From an uncultured Mycoplasma sp. (GTDB lineage Bacteria > Bacillota_I > Bacilli_A > Mycoplasmatales > Metamycoplasmataceae): DNA of 56,635 nucleotides. This document shows, piece by piece, positions 1 through 11,848 of this stretch (its first letter is position 1; every line of letters starts with the position of its first letter). The stretch is taken from NCBI GenBank assembly GCA_949288045.1, contig CASEIC010000002.1, forward strand, positions 1 to 56,635. The letters run 5' to 3'. The notes below the pieces were generated by a model, which did not search any database, was not told the origin of the DNA, and saw nothing but the letters and a program-made list of their open reading frames with translations. The position numbers and the translations under genes were made by a program.

Positions 1-56
1 TGTTTATTTAATTATTGTTTTATAATATTTATTTGTATAAATTTAGAAAGGTTTTT

Positions 57-2996
57 ATGAAATTAATTAAAGTAGAAGCTGAAGGATTTAAATCATTTGC
101 TGACAAAATTAGTTTGTCTTTTGATGGTGGTGTTGCAGGTATAGTTGGTCCTAATGGTTCAGGTAAGTCAAATATAAATGATGCCATTAGATGAGTTTTA
201 GGAGAACAATCTTCAAAAGCATTACGTGGTGACACAATGGAAGATGTTATTTTTTCTGGTTCAAAAACAGAAAAACCAATGAATAAATGTTCTGTAACAC
301 TAACTTTTGATAATAGTGATGGAGAAGTTTCGATTCCTCACAAAATATTTACAATTTCTCGGGTGCTTGAAAGAGGAAAAGGAAGTAATGTTTACTATAT
401 AAATGATCAAGTTGCAAGATTTAAAGATATTAGAGATATTGCATATGAATCAGGAATTTCAAAATCATCATTAGCTATTATTTCCCAAGGTACAGTTTCG
501 GATATTGCTCAAGCTACACCAGAACAACGTAGAGGAATTATTGAAGATGCTGCTGGAACATCAAAATATAAATCTAAAAAAGTTGAAGCACAAAGAAAAT
601 TAGAAAAAACAACCGAAACCTTAGATAAAGTTAATACAGTTGTTGCTGAATTAGAAAAACAATTAAAACCATTAGAAAAACAATCAGAAAAAGCACAAAT
701 ATATATGGCTAAAGCTAAAGAACTTAAAGATGTTGAAGTAGGGCTTTTAGTTCATGATTTATTACATTACAAAGAAAGAGTTGAAGTTTTAAGAAATGAA
801 ATTGATGGTTTCCAAGAAACAAAAGATGACTTGGAAGGAAAAATTTCAACAGATGAACAAAAGCTTGAAGATAATCTAGAGTATAAAAAACAACTTGATG
901 AAGAAGTAATTGAACTAACAAAACAATTAGATGTTGTTAATGAAAAATTACATAGTCTAGAAGTGCAATTTAAAAATGAAGAAATGAAAAGAGAAATGAT
1001 TATTTCAGGTCAAATTTCGTCAGCTTCAAAAGATAGAGTTGCAGCCATTAAAAAAGAATTAGAATCACTTTCATCACAAATTTCATTTGGTGAAAAATGA
1101 AAAGAGGAAACATCTCAAGATCTAGCAAATAAACGTAGAGAAATTGAAAAAATTGAAATGCAAATTGCTGAATTAAGAATGAGAGAAAACTCATCTAAAA
1201 CAAAATTAATGAAAGCAAGATCTAAATTAGATGTTTTAAATGACTATAAAGAATCAAGATCTAATCTATTTAAAGGAACAAAAACAGTTTTAGATAATGC
1301 ATCTTTATTTAAAGGTAAAATGCATGGAACTGTTGCTGATTTAATTCAAATACCAGAGAAATATATTGCAGCAATGGATTCTATATTACAAAATGCAGTT
1401 CAACACATCGTTGTTGATGATTCTGATGTTGCAGTTAAAATTATTGAGTTTTTAAAAGCTAATGATGGTGGTAGAGCAACATTTATTCCTTTAACATCAA
1501 TTCAAGTTAAAGAAATTAAATCAGAGTATTTAGTGAGAGTTAAATCACAAGTTGGATTTATTGGTGTTGCTTCTGATTTAGTAACAATTGACAAAAAATT
1601 CCAAGTTTTAGTTGACTTTCTATTAGGTAATGTTATTGTTGTAGAAGATATAGAAGTTGCAAACAAAATTTCACATATGGTTGATAAAAAATACTTAGTT
1701 GTATCACTTGATGGTGACTTAATTAGACCAGGTGGTATTATGACTGGTGGTACAAAACAAACATCAAATATCTTAGGAATTGAAAATCAAATTGAGCAAA
1801 TCAAATCAATTATTCCTCAACTAGAAGAAATTGTTTCACTTGCAAATCAAGATATTTCCAAACTTGAATCATTAAAGGGTGAAAAACAATCATTCATTGA
1901 TCAAATTACAATTGAGTTTGTTAAAAACAATGAAAAACTTATTACAACAAAAGAAAAATTCTCATCATTAAAAGTTGAATATGAATCATCTTCAAATGAA
2001 AAATTCAATGAGAAAAATGTGCAATCGCTTGATACAGAATTAAATGAATGTAGATCTAAAAAATCAACATTATCTGCAACAATTAAATCTAAAAAAGATA
2101 AACTTGAAAAACTTACAAATGATATCAATCAAATTCAATCATCTAAAAAAGAATATGAAAAATCACTACGTTTAATTATTGAATCATATTCAGATAAGGC
2201 TACAGAAAAAACAAAAGCTGATTTCTATATCAATGATGCTACAAAACGTCTTTCAGAACATTATCAATTAACATTTGATTCAGCAAGAGAACAATTTAGA
2301 TTATCACTTCCAGTTGAAGAAGCAAGACATATTGTTTCTACTTTAAAAACAGAAATTTCTGAACTTGGAAATGTTAATTTGGATGCTATTCAAATGTATC
2401 AAGAAATTAAAGAAAGACACGATGGAATTTACAAAGATAAAGAAGAACTTGAAGAAGCAAAAAGAATTATCAATGAAGCTATTGCTGAAATGGATAAAAT
2501 CATCATTACCAGAATTAATGAAACAATGGATATTGTTAATGAAGAATTTAACAATGTCTTTAGAGAAATGTTTGGTGGTGGTGAAGCAAGAATATTCTTA
2601 TTAGATCCAAATGATCCATTAGAATCAGGAATTGACATTAAAGCTCAACCTCCAGGTAAATCAGTTCAAAACTTAAAATTATTCTCAGGTGGAGAAAAAT
2701 CATTAATTGCAATCTCATTATTATTTGCAATCATCAAAGCTAAACCATTACCTCTATGTATTTTGGATGAGGTTGAAGCTGCTCTTGATGAAGCAAATGT
2801 TGTTAGATTTGCAGAGTTCTTACAAAAACTTAAAAAAGATACACAGTTCATTGTTATTACTCACCGTCATGGAACAATGTCAAGAGTTGATCATTTATTT
2901 GGTGCAACAATGCAAAAACGTGGTGTTACATCATTCTTCTCTGTCGAGTTAGCAAAAGCAAAACAACTTGTTGATGAGTATACAGCAGAAGTTTAG
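57..2996 (+). CDS. smc: Chromosome segregation protein SMC (P115-like), 979 aa
   Basis: ATG at 57 (MKLIKVEAEGFKSFA), Walker A GPNGSGKS, coiled coils, hinge GGRATFIPL, signature FSGGEKS, Walker B ILDEVEAALD; fragments join through TGA=Trp. Confidence 0.97.
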
Positions 2997-3088
2997 AAGA
3001 ATAACAAATATTTTTTTATTCTGCAAAAATATAATGAAAAATAGAATTCATTTTCTACTAAATTTAAGGAATGTTTTAAGGGGAATTT

Positions 3089-4057
3089 ATGAAAAGTAAA
3101 TGTACCGTTTCTATTTTCAACTCTTCTTCAAATTTGTCATATAAATACAAAAGAAGAGTAGAATCAACTCAGAAGGTTTTTGAAAAAAATAATATTGATA
3201 TAAAGTTAGGAGAATTAACCTTCAAAAAAGGAAATTATAGAAGTGGGACAATAAAGGAAAGAGCAACCGAATTTAACAATCTTTTAAAACAATCAAACAT
3301 AATGTTATCAATGATAGGTGGGTTTAATACTTCATCTATTCTTGAATATATAGATTATGAAAAAATTAAAAAAAATAATACAAAAGTTGTGGGATGTTCA
3401 GACACTACTGCACTTTTGTTAGCAATTTATAAAAAGACAAGAAAAATTGTTTATTATGGTCAAGCGTTTTTAATGTCGTATTTTGAACAAAAATACATTC
3501 AAGATTTTAATATGAATCAATTTATAAAAAATGTTATTAATGAATCTACAAATAAAATTACACTTCCTGAAAAAGTTACATACGAAAGAGTTGATTGATC
3601 TTTAAATAAAATTCAAGAAAAAAAATTGATAAAAAATAATGTTGAGTTTATTAATAAACCACAAGCCAAAATATTGTCAGGAAGATTAATAGGTGGCAAT
3701 TTGAATACAATGTCTTCATTAATTGGAACTGACTTTATGCCCGAAATAAAAGATGGGGACATTTTATTTGTAGAAGATTCGCATATTAATGCATCTATGA
3801 CAGAAAGAAACATTTCTGTTCTTAAAAATTCAGGCATTTTAAATAAAGTAAGTGCCATTATTATAGGTTTAATTGAATCTTATGATGATGAAGGATCAAA
3901 GAAAAAACACATAGATATTATTCGAGAATTTTTAGATAAAAAAATTCCTATTATCAATAAATTTCCTTGTTCTCACATTCAACCATCTATAATCTTAAAG
4001 ATTGGAGCAATTTTAAAAATAGATTTTGAGAAAGAAACTTTTGAATATAAAGAATAA
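3089..4057 (+). CDS. S66 family peptidase (LD-carboxypeptidase / MccF-like), 322 aa
   Basis: SMIGGFN, nucleophile motif GCSD, GRLIGGNL, LFVED, C-terminal SH; joined at TGA 3596-3598. Confidence 0.85.
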
Positions 4058-4084
4058 AAAAGCAAGACTACTTACTTGCTTTTT
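4056..4084. terminator. Probable bidirectional intrinsic terminator
   Basis: Inverted repeat aaaaagcaag / cttgcttttt between convergent ORFs. Confidence 0.7.
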
Positions 4085-4181
4085 CTTTTCTTTTTTGCTC
4101 TTTTAATTCTTTTTTAATTCTTTTTTCTTGTCTCTTTTTTGCATCTAATCTTTTTTGTTTTTTTGTATTAATTCTTGACAT
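4068..4181 (-). CDS. Small Lys/Arg-rich protein, 37 aa (MSRINTKKQKRLDAKKRQEKRIKKELKEQKRKEKASK)
   Basis: ATG at 4181 preceded by RBS-like AAAGGTGA, TAG at 4068-4070; too short for the ORF track. Confidence 0.6.
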   Translation of the reverse strand: MSRINTKKQKRLDAKKRQEKRIKKELKEQKRKEKASK

Positions 4182-4327
4182 GATTTCACCTTTAATTTAA
4201 TATCTTTTACTACAAAATAAATATAACATAAATTATAAATAATAATTGATAATTTGTATTGCTTTGTTATGATGTTCACACATACATATATATAACAAAG
4301 TGTTTTTTTGATAAAATTTTATATCAT

Positions 4328-5128
4328 ATGATTGATTTTAAGGATAAAAATTATTATGAGATCCTAGGACTTAAAGAAACAGCAACAGCTGATCAAATAA
4401 AAAAAGCTTATAGATCCCAAGCAAAAAAATATCATCCAGATATCGCAAAAGACGGCGGTTCTAATAGTACTTTCAAAATAATTTATAAAGCTTATGAAAT
4501 ATTATCAAATTCTACAAGAAGAAAAAAATATGATATGTTTCTTGCTGGTGTTGATTATGATATATATGATTTTGATGATTTTGATGAGTTTGATCCAACT
4601 TGAATTGATGATTTAATTTCATCTAGCGCAAATGAAAATATTCCAATCATAATGAATAAATTTAAAAAATTAAGTACTCAAGAAAAATATGAAACTTGAG
4701 GTTATATTTGATTATCATTTTGACACTTGACAGATATTACTGTTGAGTTATTAGCAAGTGAAAAAATTTCTTTTTTTTTAGAAGCTCTCAACAAAGAAAT
4801 TGATTTTACTTTTAAACTTCCATTGTTAAGTAGCATTGATAATGAAAGTAGAAAATCATATATAACATCAATTAACAATATTTTAGAAAGTATTGATGGG
4901 GCAGATTTGATTGATGCTATTAAATATATTGAAGAAGTTATTGATGCTGAAAATATTTTTGATGATGATATTTCTGTTATTCTTGCTTTTGATCAATATA
5001 GTAAAACTTTGTCTCTTCTTAGAAATATGGAAGCTTGTTTTGTAAGGGTAAAAGCATTAGAGGAAAGACACGGAAGCAAGAAATATTCATCTAAATTTAT
5101 TAATTATTTAAAATCCAGAAAGAAATAA
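4328..5128 (+). CDS. J-domain (DnaJ N-terminal domain) protein, 266 aa
   Basis: NYYEILGL...YHPD...AYEILSN..RRKKYD; no Zn-finger or canonical DnaJ C-terminal domain recognised. Confidence 0.85.
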
Positions 5129-5173
5129 TGAAAGTTGTTTTATAGTTGTAAAATTGAAATATGGTGAGAAAAT

Positions 5174-5996
5174 ATGCAGTCATTTAATTTTTGAACAAAG
5201 TGATTTGGTTTTCCAACAAAATTATTTTCTGATAAAGATTATTATGTTTTGTTGTGATCTCAATATTTAAAAAGAAGAGTAATTTTATTGTTAATAATGT
5301 TTGAGCTTTTTTTAATTTCTTCATTAATTATTTTTAGTATATTTTTATTCGCTTTTTTTTCATATTCTAATCTCCAATTAGGATTATATATATCTTTAAT
5401 TTGTTTAGACATTTTTCCAATTATGTTTTTGTGTTATTTCTTTTTTTATGTACAAAATTGATAAACAAAATAATTTGATAAATTTAATTTTTATTTATGC
5501 TAACTGAATTATTTGTTTAACCTACACAATTCTTTTATTTTCTTTTGTTTATGTAAATTATGAAAGTGAGTTCATTGAAAAATATTTGGATGCATGATGT
5601 GCTTTTATTTTTTTAGAATTAATCATTCCATTAATATTACATGCTTTAATGTTAAATTCTGTTGTATATGCAACAAACATCTATTTAAATAAATTAGTAG
5701 ATAATAAAAAATGAAATATAAACTTAATTAGTAAAAATGAATTTGAATCTAAATGGATTACTATTAAATTAGATTATTTTTATTGAGATAATAATGAACG
5801 TGTTTCTAACAACATTGAATTCATTGGTGTTGGAATCTCTAATTTTTCAAAAAGAAAAGAAGCAAAATATTTTTTTAAATCAGATAATAAGATATATAAG
5901 ATTTCATTTTGTGATGAAAATTATTTTTGTTTATTTGGAAGCAATAAAAAAGAAGTAAATAATGAAATAATTAAATTAATTAGTTCATTCAATTAA
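5174..5996 (+). pseudogene. Multi-pass membrane protein split by an apparent +1 frameshift at T7 (5441-5447), or two overlapping ORFs 5174-5464 and 5448-5996
   Basis: Hydrophobic ORF stops at TAA 5462-5464; a second hydrophobic frame is open from 5409 to TAA 5994-5996; removing one T fuses them. Confidence 0.55.
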
Positions 5997-7603
5997 TATC
6001 CCATTTTTTCTTCATATTCATCTAAAGTTCCTCTAAAAATAAATGAGGAATCATTTTTAATTTCTAAAATAACATTCGATTCACGAATTAAGGCCCTATT
6101 GTATGTTGTAAATATTGCAACTGATGCATATTTGTTTATTGATTCAATAACAGCATCAATGCTTTCTGTGTCTAAGTGATCTAATGGTTGATCAAAAATA
6201 ATTGCATTTGAATCAATTAACATCATTCTCGAAAACATCAATCTAGCTTTTTCTCCTCCTGATAATTTTTGGACATCTTTAAAAACAGTATCTCCACTAA
6301 ATAACATTTTTCCTAAAAATGCTCTCATTCTTTGATCAGAAATATCTTTTCTTTCTTCTGTCTCGTTATGCACAGGTCATAATCTTAATCAATCAATCAT
6401 TGGCATATCTTCTCTAAAATATTCAGAGTTGTCTGATGGGAAATATTCAGGCTTAATAGTAGAACCTCATTTAAATGAACCAGTAAAGTTTTTTTCTTTT
6501 CCAACAAGTATTTCTAAAAATTTTGTTTTTGCAATATCATCATCACCAATTACAGCAAGTTTATCTCCCGGTTTAAGAGAGAATGAAATGTTGTTAAATA
6601 GTTGTACTCCATTTGAGTCTTTATAACCTAATTTTTCAACTTCTAGGATTTGCTTACCAGGATTTTTTGTTACATCAAATCTAATAAATGGATATTTTCT
6701 AGTTGAAGGAACAATTTCTTCTAATTCAATTTTCTCTAAAGCTTTTTTTCTAGATGTTGCTTGTCTTGATTTTGAAGCATTAGCTGAAAACCGAGCAATG
6801 AATTGTTGAAGTTTTTCAATTTGTTCTTGCTTTTTCATATTTGATTGTTTTTGAAGTTCTGCCATTAATTGTGACGATTGTTTTCAAAATGAATAATTAC
6901 CTGTAAACATTTTAGCTTTACCAAAATCAATATCAACAATATTTGTACATATTTCATCTAGGAAATCGCTATCATGAGAAACAACAATAACAATTTTTTC
7001 ATAATCATTGATGAAGTTTATTAATCATTTAATTGATTTAAGATCTAAATGGTTTGTTGGTTCATCCATAATAAGAATATCAGGGTTACCAAATAATGCT
7101 TTTGCTAATAATACTTTAACTTTTTCTGTTGATTTCAAATCTTTCATTAAATAATTAAATTTTTCTTCTGGTATTCCTAATGCACTTAATAATATTTGGG
7201 CATCATTTTCTGCATTTCACCCGCCCATTTGACCAAATTGTTCTTCTAGTTCCGCAGCTTTAGCATAATCTTCTGCACTTGCGTTTGGATTCATATATAT
7301 AGCATTTTTTTGTTCTTGAATTTTTGATAATTGTTCATTACCCATGATTACAAGTTCTGTAACATTTTTATCATTATATTTAAAGTGATCTTGTTCAAGT
7401 ACTGAGATTCTTTGGTTTTTTTCAATATAAACTTCACCAGAAGTTGGTTCAACTTGTCCAGATAATATTTTTAAAAAAGTTGATTTCCCAGCACCATTAG
7501 CACCAATTATTCCGTATGTATTTCCTTCTGTGAATTTTAAATTTACATCTTGAAAAAGTTTTTTGTCTATAAATACTTTTGATAAATTTCTAACCTCAAT
7601 CAT
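5993..7603 (-). CDS. ABC-F family ATPase (YkpA/YbiT-like), 536 aa
   Basis: GANGAGKS, DEPTNHLD, linker FIARFSANASKSRQATSR, LSGGEKARL; no TM segments. Confidence 0.92.
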
Positions 7604-7695
7604 TTAATCTCCTTAGATATAAGTAATTTATATTGTATATGAAATTTTGTTCCTAATTTTAGCAAATATATAAATTAGTTTTATAATGTAATCAA

Positions 7696-8442
7696 ATGAA
7701 GAAACATATATTGTCTTGAGATTTTTTATATGCATGCATAACATGTTTATTTGGAGGACTTTTAGATGGATTTTCATTTGTATTTAAAGATAGAACATTA
7801 TGTTTAATTCAGTCTGGTAATTTAGTTAAAAGTATAGTTGCATTTACAAATAACCAAATTCATGAAGGTCTGTTTTCTTTAATATTAGTTTTAGTTTTTT
7901 GTTTATTCATTTACTTATTTTATTTATTGATGTGTTTCTTAAAATCGAAGAACATAAATTTTCATTTTGTATTTATGCCACTTATAATGCTTTTACTTAT
8001 TCCTTCATTTGTATGAAATTTTGATAATAACGATTATTTAAATTATAAAAATATAATAAGTTGTTCGTTCTTATCAATGATAGGTGCTATATCAATGATT
8101 TTATTTAGAAGTATTAGATTTAAATTTGATAACAAAATTATTTTTAATGCAGCAGTTATGTCAGGGAATATGAGATCAATGTCAACTTCTTTTGGTGATT
8201 TTACAATAACAAAAAATAAAGAACTTGGGTATCAAGGATTTTTCTTTTTTGTGATGATATTAATGTTTTCTTTTGGTGTTGCAATTTCATCATTATGTTT
8301 TGTATATGTAAAAGGTTCGTGAAATTTATATTCATTATTGATAATAATTTATTTGATTATTTTTTCAATGATTATTATTTTTCATTTTAGATATAAATGA
8401 ATTAGAAACATAAAAACAAAACAAAGTGAAATAATTGAATAA
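7696..8442 (+). CDS. YoaK/DUF1275-like membrane protein, 248 aa
   Basis: Multi-TM; motifs GGLLDGFSF..QSGNL and AVMSGNMR. Confidence 0.7.
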
Positions 8443-8465
8443 AAAACCTTCCACATTTGGAAGGT
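8441..8465 (-). terminator. Intrinsic terminator of the tRNA operon
   Basis: accttcca-catt-tggaaggt hairpin followed by a U-run on the minus strand. Confidence 0.7.
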
Positions 8466-8485
8466 ATGCTTCATTAAAAATGATA

Positions 8486-8569
8486 TGGTGCGCGAGGAGG
8501 GACTCGAACCCTCACACCAAAGGCACAAGTGCCTAAAACTTGCGTGTCTGCCAATTTCACCACTCGCGC
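8486..8569 (-). tRNA. tRNA-Leu (TAG)
   Basis: Cloverleaf with long variable arm, anticodon loop TT-TAG-GC, encoded CCA. Confidence 0.95.
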
Positions 8570-8633
8570 AGCATAATTATCAAGTTTATTATTTTACTTA
8601 ATAATTAAATTTTGTGGTGTCTCTTACAACAAA

Positions 8634-8709
<76 letters not shown>

Positions 8710-8712
8710 TAA

Positions 8713-8788
<76 letters not shown>

Positions 8789-8793
8789 CTAAA

Positions 8794-8869
8794 TGGTGGA
8801 AGTTAAGGGGCTCGAACCCATGACCCTCGCCTTGTAAGGGCGATGCTCTCCCAACTGAGCTAAACTTCC
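8794..8869 (-). tRNA. tRNA-Val (TAC)
   Basis: Cloverleaf, loop CT-TAC-AA, encoded CCA. Confidence 0.95.
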
Positions 8870-8870
8870 G

Positions 8871-8946
8871 TGGTGACCTATACGGGGATCGAACCCGTGT
8901 ATCCACGGATGAAAACCGTGTGTGTTAACCGCTTCACCAATAGGCC
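8871..8946 (-). tRNA. tRNA-Glu (TTC)
   Basis: Cloverleaf, loop TT-TTC-AT, encoded CCA. Confidence 0.95.
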
Positions 8947-8952
8947 ATAAAA

Positions 8953-9027
8953 TGGCGCCGACAACAGGGATTGAACCTGTGACCCACTGGTTAACAGCCA
9001 GTTGCTCTACCGCTGAGCTATGTCGGC
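8953..9027 (-). tRNA. tRNA-Asn (GTT)
   Basis: Cloverleaf, loop CT-GTT-AA, G73 discriminator, encoded CCA. Confidence 0.95.
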
Positions 9028-9137
9028 ATAAGCCATGCATTTTAATTAAAAATCAAAATGTTTTTTAATTATATAATATTGTTAAAAAATTATACATAAT
9101 TTTTATACAAAACAAGTGAAAAGTTAAAGGAGAATTT

Positions 9138-10484
9138 GTGAAGTTAAAAAGAGTTTTGGCAATAAGTTCATTTGTGGCTACAACTTCTTTTGTACTTCCT
9201 GTTGTTTCATGTTCCAAGGATAATGATCAAACAACTACTTTTGTTAATCAATTAAAAGATAATCTTGATTCTATCATTGATAAAAATTTAAATGTTTTAA
9301 ACAAATCTTTAGTATCAGTAAGAAATGATGTTGATACAAAGTCTTACAATCTTTTCAAAATTTTGAATGGTGAAAATGATTTATCCGTTTTTTTTGATAT
9401 TAATACATCAAATTTAAATTATGATAGAGATAAATATGATTTATCAATAGAATTCACATATAACATTGTTGATTCATATGGGGAAACTTTTGAACCTTTA
9501 TTATCATCTGATCAAAAAACAATTAATATTCCAGTTCTTGTTTGAATATATGATAAAGAATTAAAATTATCCATAACAAAATATATAAATTTATTTTCAT
9601 TGTCAATTGAAGATTCGATAATTGATGATAGTGAAATTGAAGATTATTATCAAAATGAAGCAAAAAAAATTGTATTTAAATCATTTGATAATACTACTTA
9701 TGAGTTTCAATCAGTACCATCATTAATGATTGATAAATATTTAGATTTTATTACTATTATTTCTTCTTCAAAAGATTGAATGAAAGGACCAAAATATAAA
9801 TCATCAAGTAGTGATTTAGAAGATTGAAAAGGGAAAACACTTTCAGAAGTTTATTCAATTTCTGGAGCTATAAGTTCCCCTACTGATTTTGTATGACCAC
9901 AAGATACATCATATAAATTTACTTATTCAATAAGTGACGCATATTTTTATGATAAAGATTGAAATTATGGAACATTCATTATGTCTTTCCAACTATCTTC
10001 AAATAATTTTGGAACATTATTAAATGATGCAAAAACCATCTATGGACTTTCATTTTCAAAAGAATATTCTTTTGTGTCAAAACAATGAAGTTTTGCTAGT
10101 CCATCAAGTTCAGATATTAGTGATTATGTAGATAATAATGAAAAAAAATTAACAACATTTATTGATGAAGAAGTAACAAACAATATTATGTTATATACTC
10201 CTAAATTTGTTTGAAATAATCACATTATAAAAGAGTGAAAGGTTGATGAAATAATTAAAGCATTCAATAATGGTGCAAAAATTTTTGATGCGCCAAGACC
10301 AATTGTTTATAAATTAAGTAATGGTCAAACAAGAAATATAAGATTTGTAATCGATAGTTTAAGTGCTGGAGATAATGAAAATTTAATTGTAGTTAGTGTT
10401 AAAGCTATTATTGATAATGGTAAATTGGAAGCAAGCAAGACATATTCAAAGACATTTAACAAATTAACTTTAGAATTTGAGTAA
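9138..10484 (+). CDS. Lipoprotein of unknown function, 448 aa
   Basis: GTG start after AAGGAG; signal peptide with lipobox VVS-C; open in code 4 to TAA 10482-10484. Confidence 0.85.
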
Positions 10485-10809
10485 AAATAGCATAAAAATG
10501 TGCGAAAATGAACAAAAAACTATAGTTATTCTATGTGGAAAACTTTTTTTTCGATGCCATTTAGTTAAGTAAAAACTAGTGTTTTTTTAAAAAAACAAGA
10601 AAAAATTGATTTTTTTTAATGTTTTTTGAGTGAAATTTTATGAAAATATGGATTTTTTGTGTTTTTTGTAATAAAATTTTGTAGAACTCTTTAATTTTCA
10701 AGTTATTTAGTATTGTTTATTAGAAGTTCACGTTTCACATTGAAAAATATGTGGAACCTTGTTACTTTTTTGTAACATATTTTGCTTTTTATATAAATAA
10801 GGAGAATTT

Positions 10810-11766
10810 ATGAGCAAAGATAAAAACACAAATGTAGCAGCTCAGGAAGCAAAAAAGGATGAAATTGTTGTTAAAGTAAACAACACTGATCCAAAACCTG
10901 AGGCACCTATTCAACTATCAGCTGTTGAAGCTAACAAAAAAGCAGCTCAAGAAATTGAAAAAGCAGACTCAATGAAAGTTGATGCTTCTTTATTAGGGCA
11001 ACAAAAAGTTTCATTCCAAACAAAATCACAATCACAAGAAGGAAGAAAATTTGCTGGAACATTGTCATATGAAGATGTTTTATCTCAAACACAAGAGTTG
11101 GTAGATATCAAAAACACAAATATTGACTATGTTGCCGAAGAAGCTAGATTAAGAAGAGAAAAAATTGAAGGTTTAACAGAACATTTTAATGATTTAAATG
11201 CTAAACCTTTATCATCTGTTGATTCTTATGCAAACTATAATTTAGTTTTAAATAAATCAATTTGAAACTACAACGAAGTTGAACAAAGAAACACAAAAAT
11301 GAAATTAATTGATTTAGCTCTTCAAACACATATTTATTTATATGATGGTGAAATTATTCCTTTGGATGAAGTAAAAGAATTATTAGAAAACTTTGTTGAA
11401 GCTGTTAAGGAAAACATTGTTGCTGGATACCCGGTTATCTTAAACTCTGCATTGATTGTTGACATTATTCGTTTTGATAAGTCAAAAATCATTCCTATAA
11501 CAATTGCTAACCCTAAATTGATTCCACCTATTGGTGTTGTTGAATGACAATCATTTGTTAAAAATTCAGGAAAAAATCATTTAGTTATTGAAGCGTTCAT
11601 TAAATTGTTAGATAATGCTTTATCAAATGGTCATGAATGTGAGTTCTTCCCAGAAACAATTATGGTTAGAAATGCATCAGGAATTACTTCATTATACGTT
11701 TCAGAAGCTGCAGCAGTAAACTTTAACTCATCAGTTCGTCCAACATCTCCAAAAAATAAAGAATAA
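10810..11766 (+). CDS. F1-like ATPase cluster 'protein 2' (DUF2714 / MSC_0623 / MMOB1620-like) with long N-terminal extension, 318 aa
   Basis: First gene of the operon, RBS AAGGAG; C-terminal FIKLLDNALSNGHECEFFPETIMVRN resembles DUF2714 as recalled; directly upstream of the gamma-like gene. Confidence 0.65.
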
Positions 11767-11848
11767 AATAATTTTTCACAAATTATTTGTTTTTTATTCA
11801 AATTTAAATTCATTAACAATTTAAAAAAATAAGAAAAGGAGGTTGGTG

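Noticed and set aside
8615-8630. GTTGTAAGAGACACCA on the minus strand, resembling a tRNA 3' end or att remnant
   Set aside because: Too short, no T-arm or cloverleaf, no matching repeat seen
8789-9040. 83-aa minus-strand ORF
   Set aside because: Lies over tRNA-Asn/Glu/Val genes; spurious
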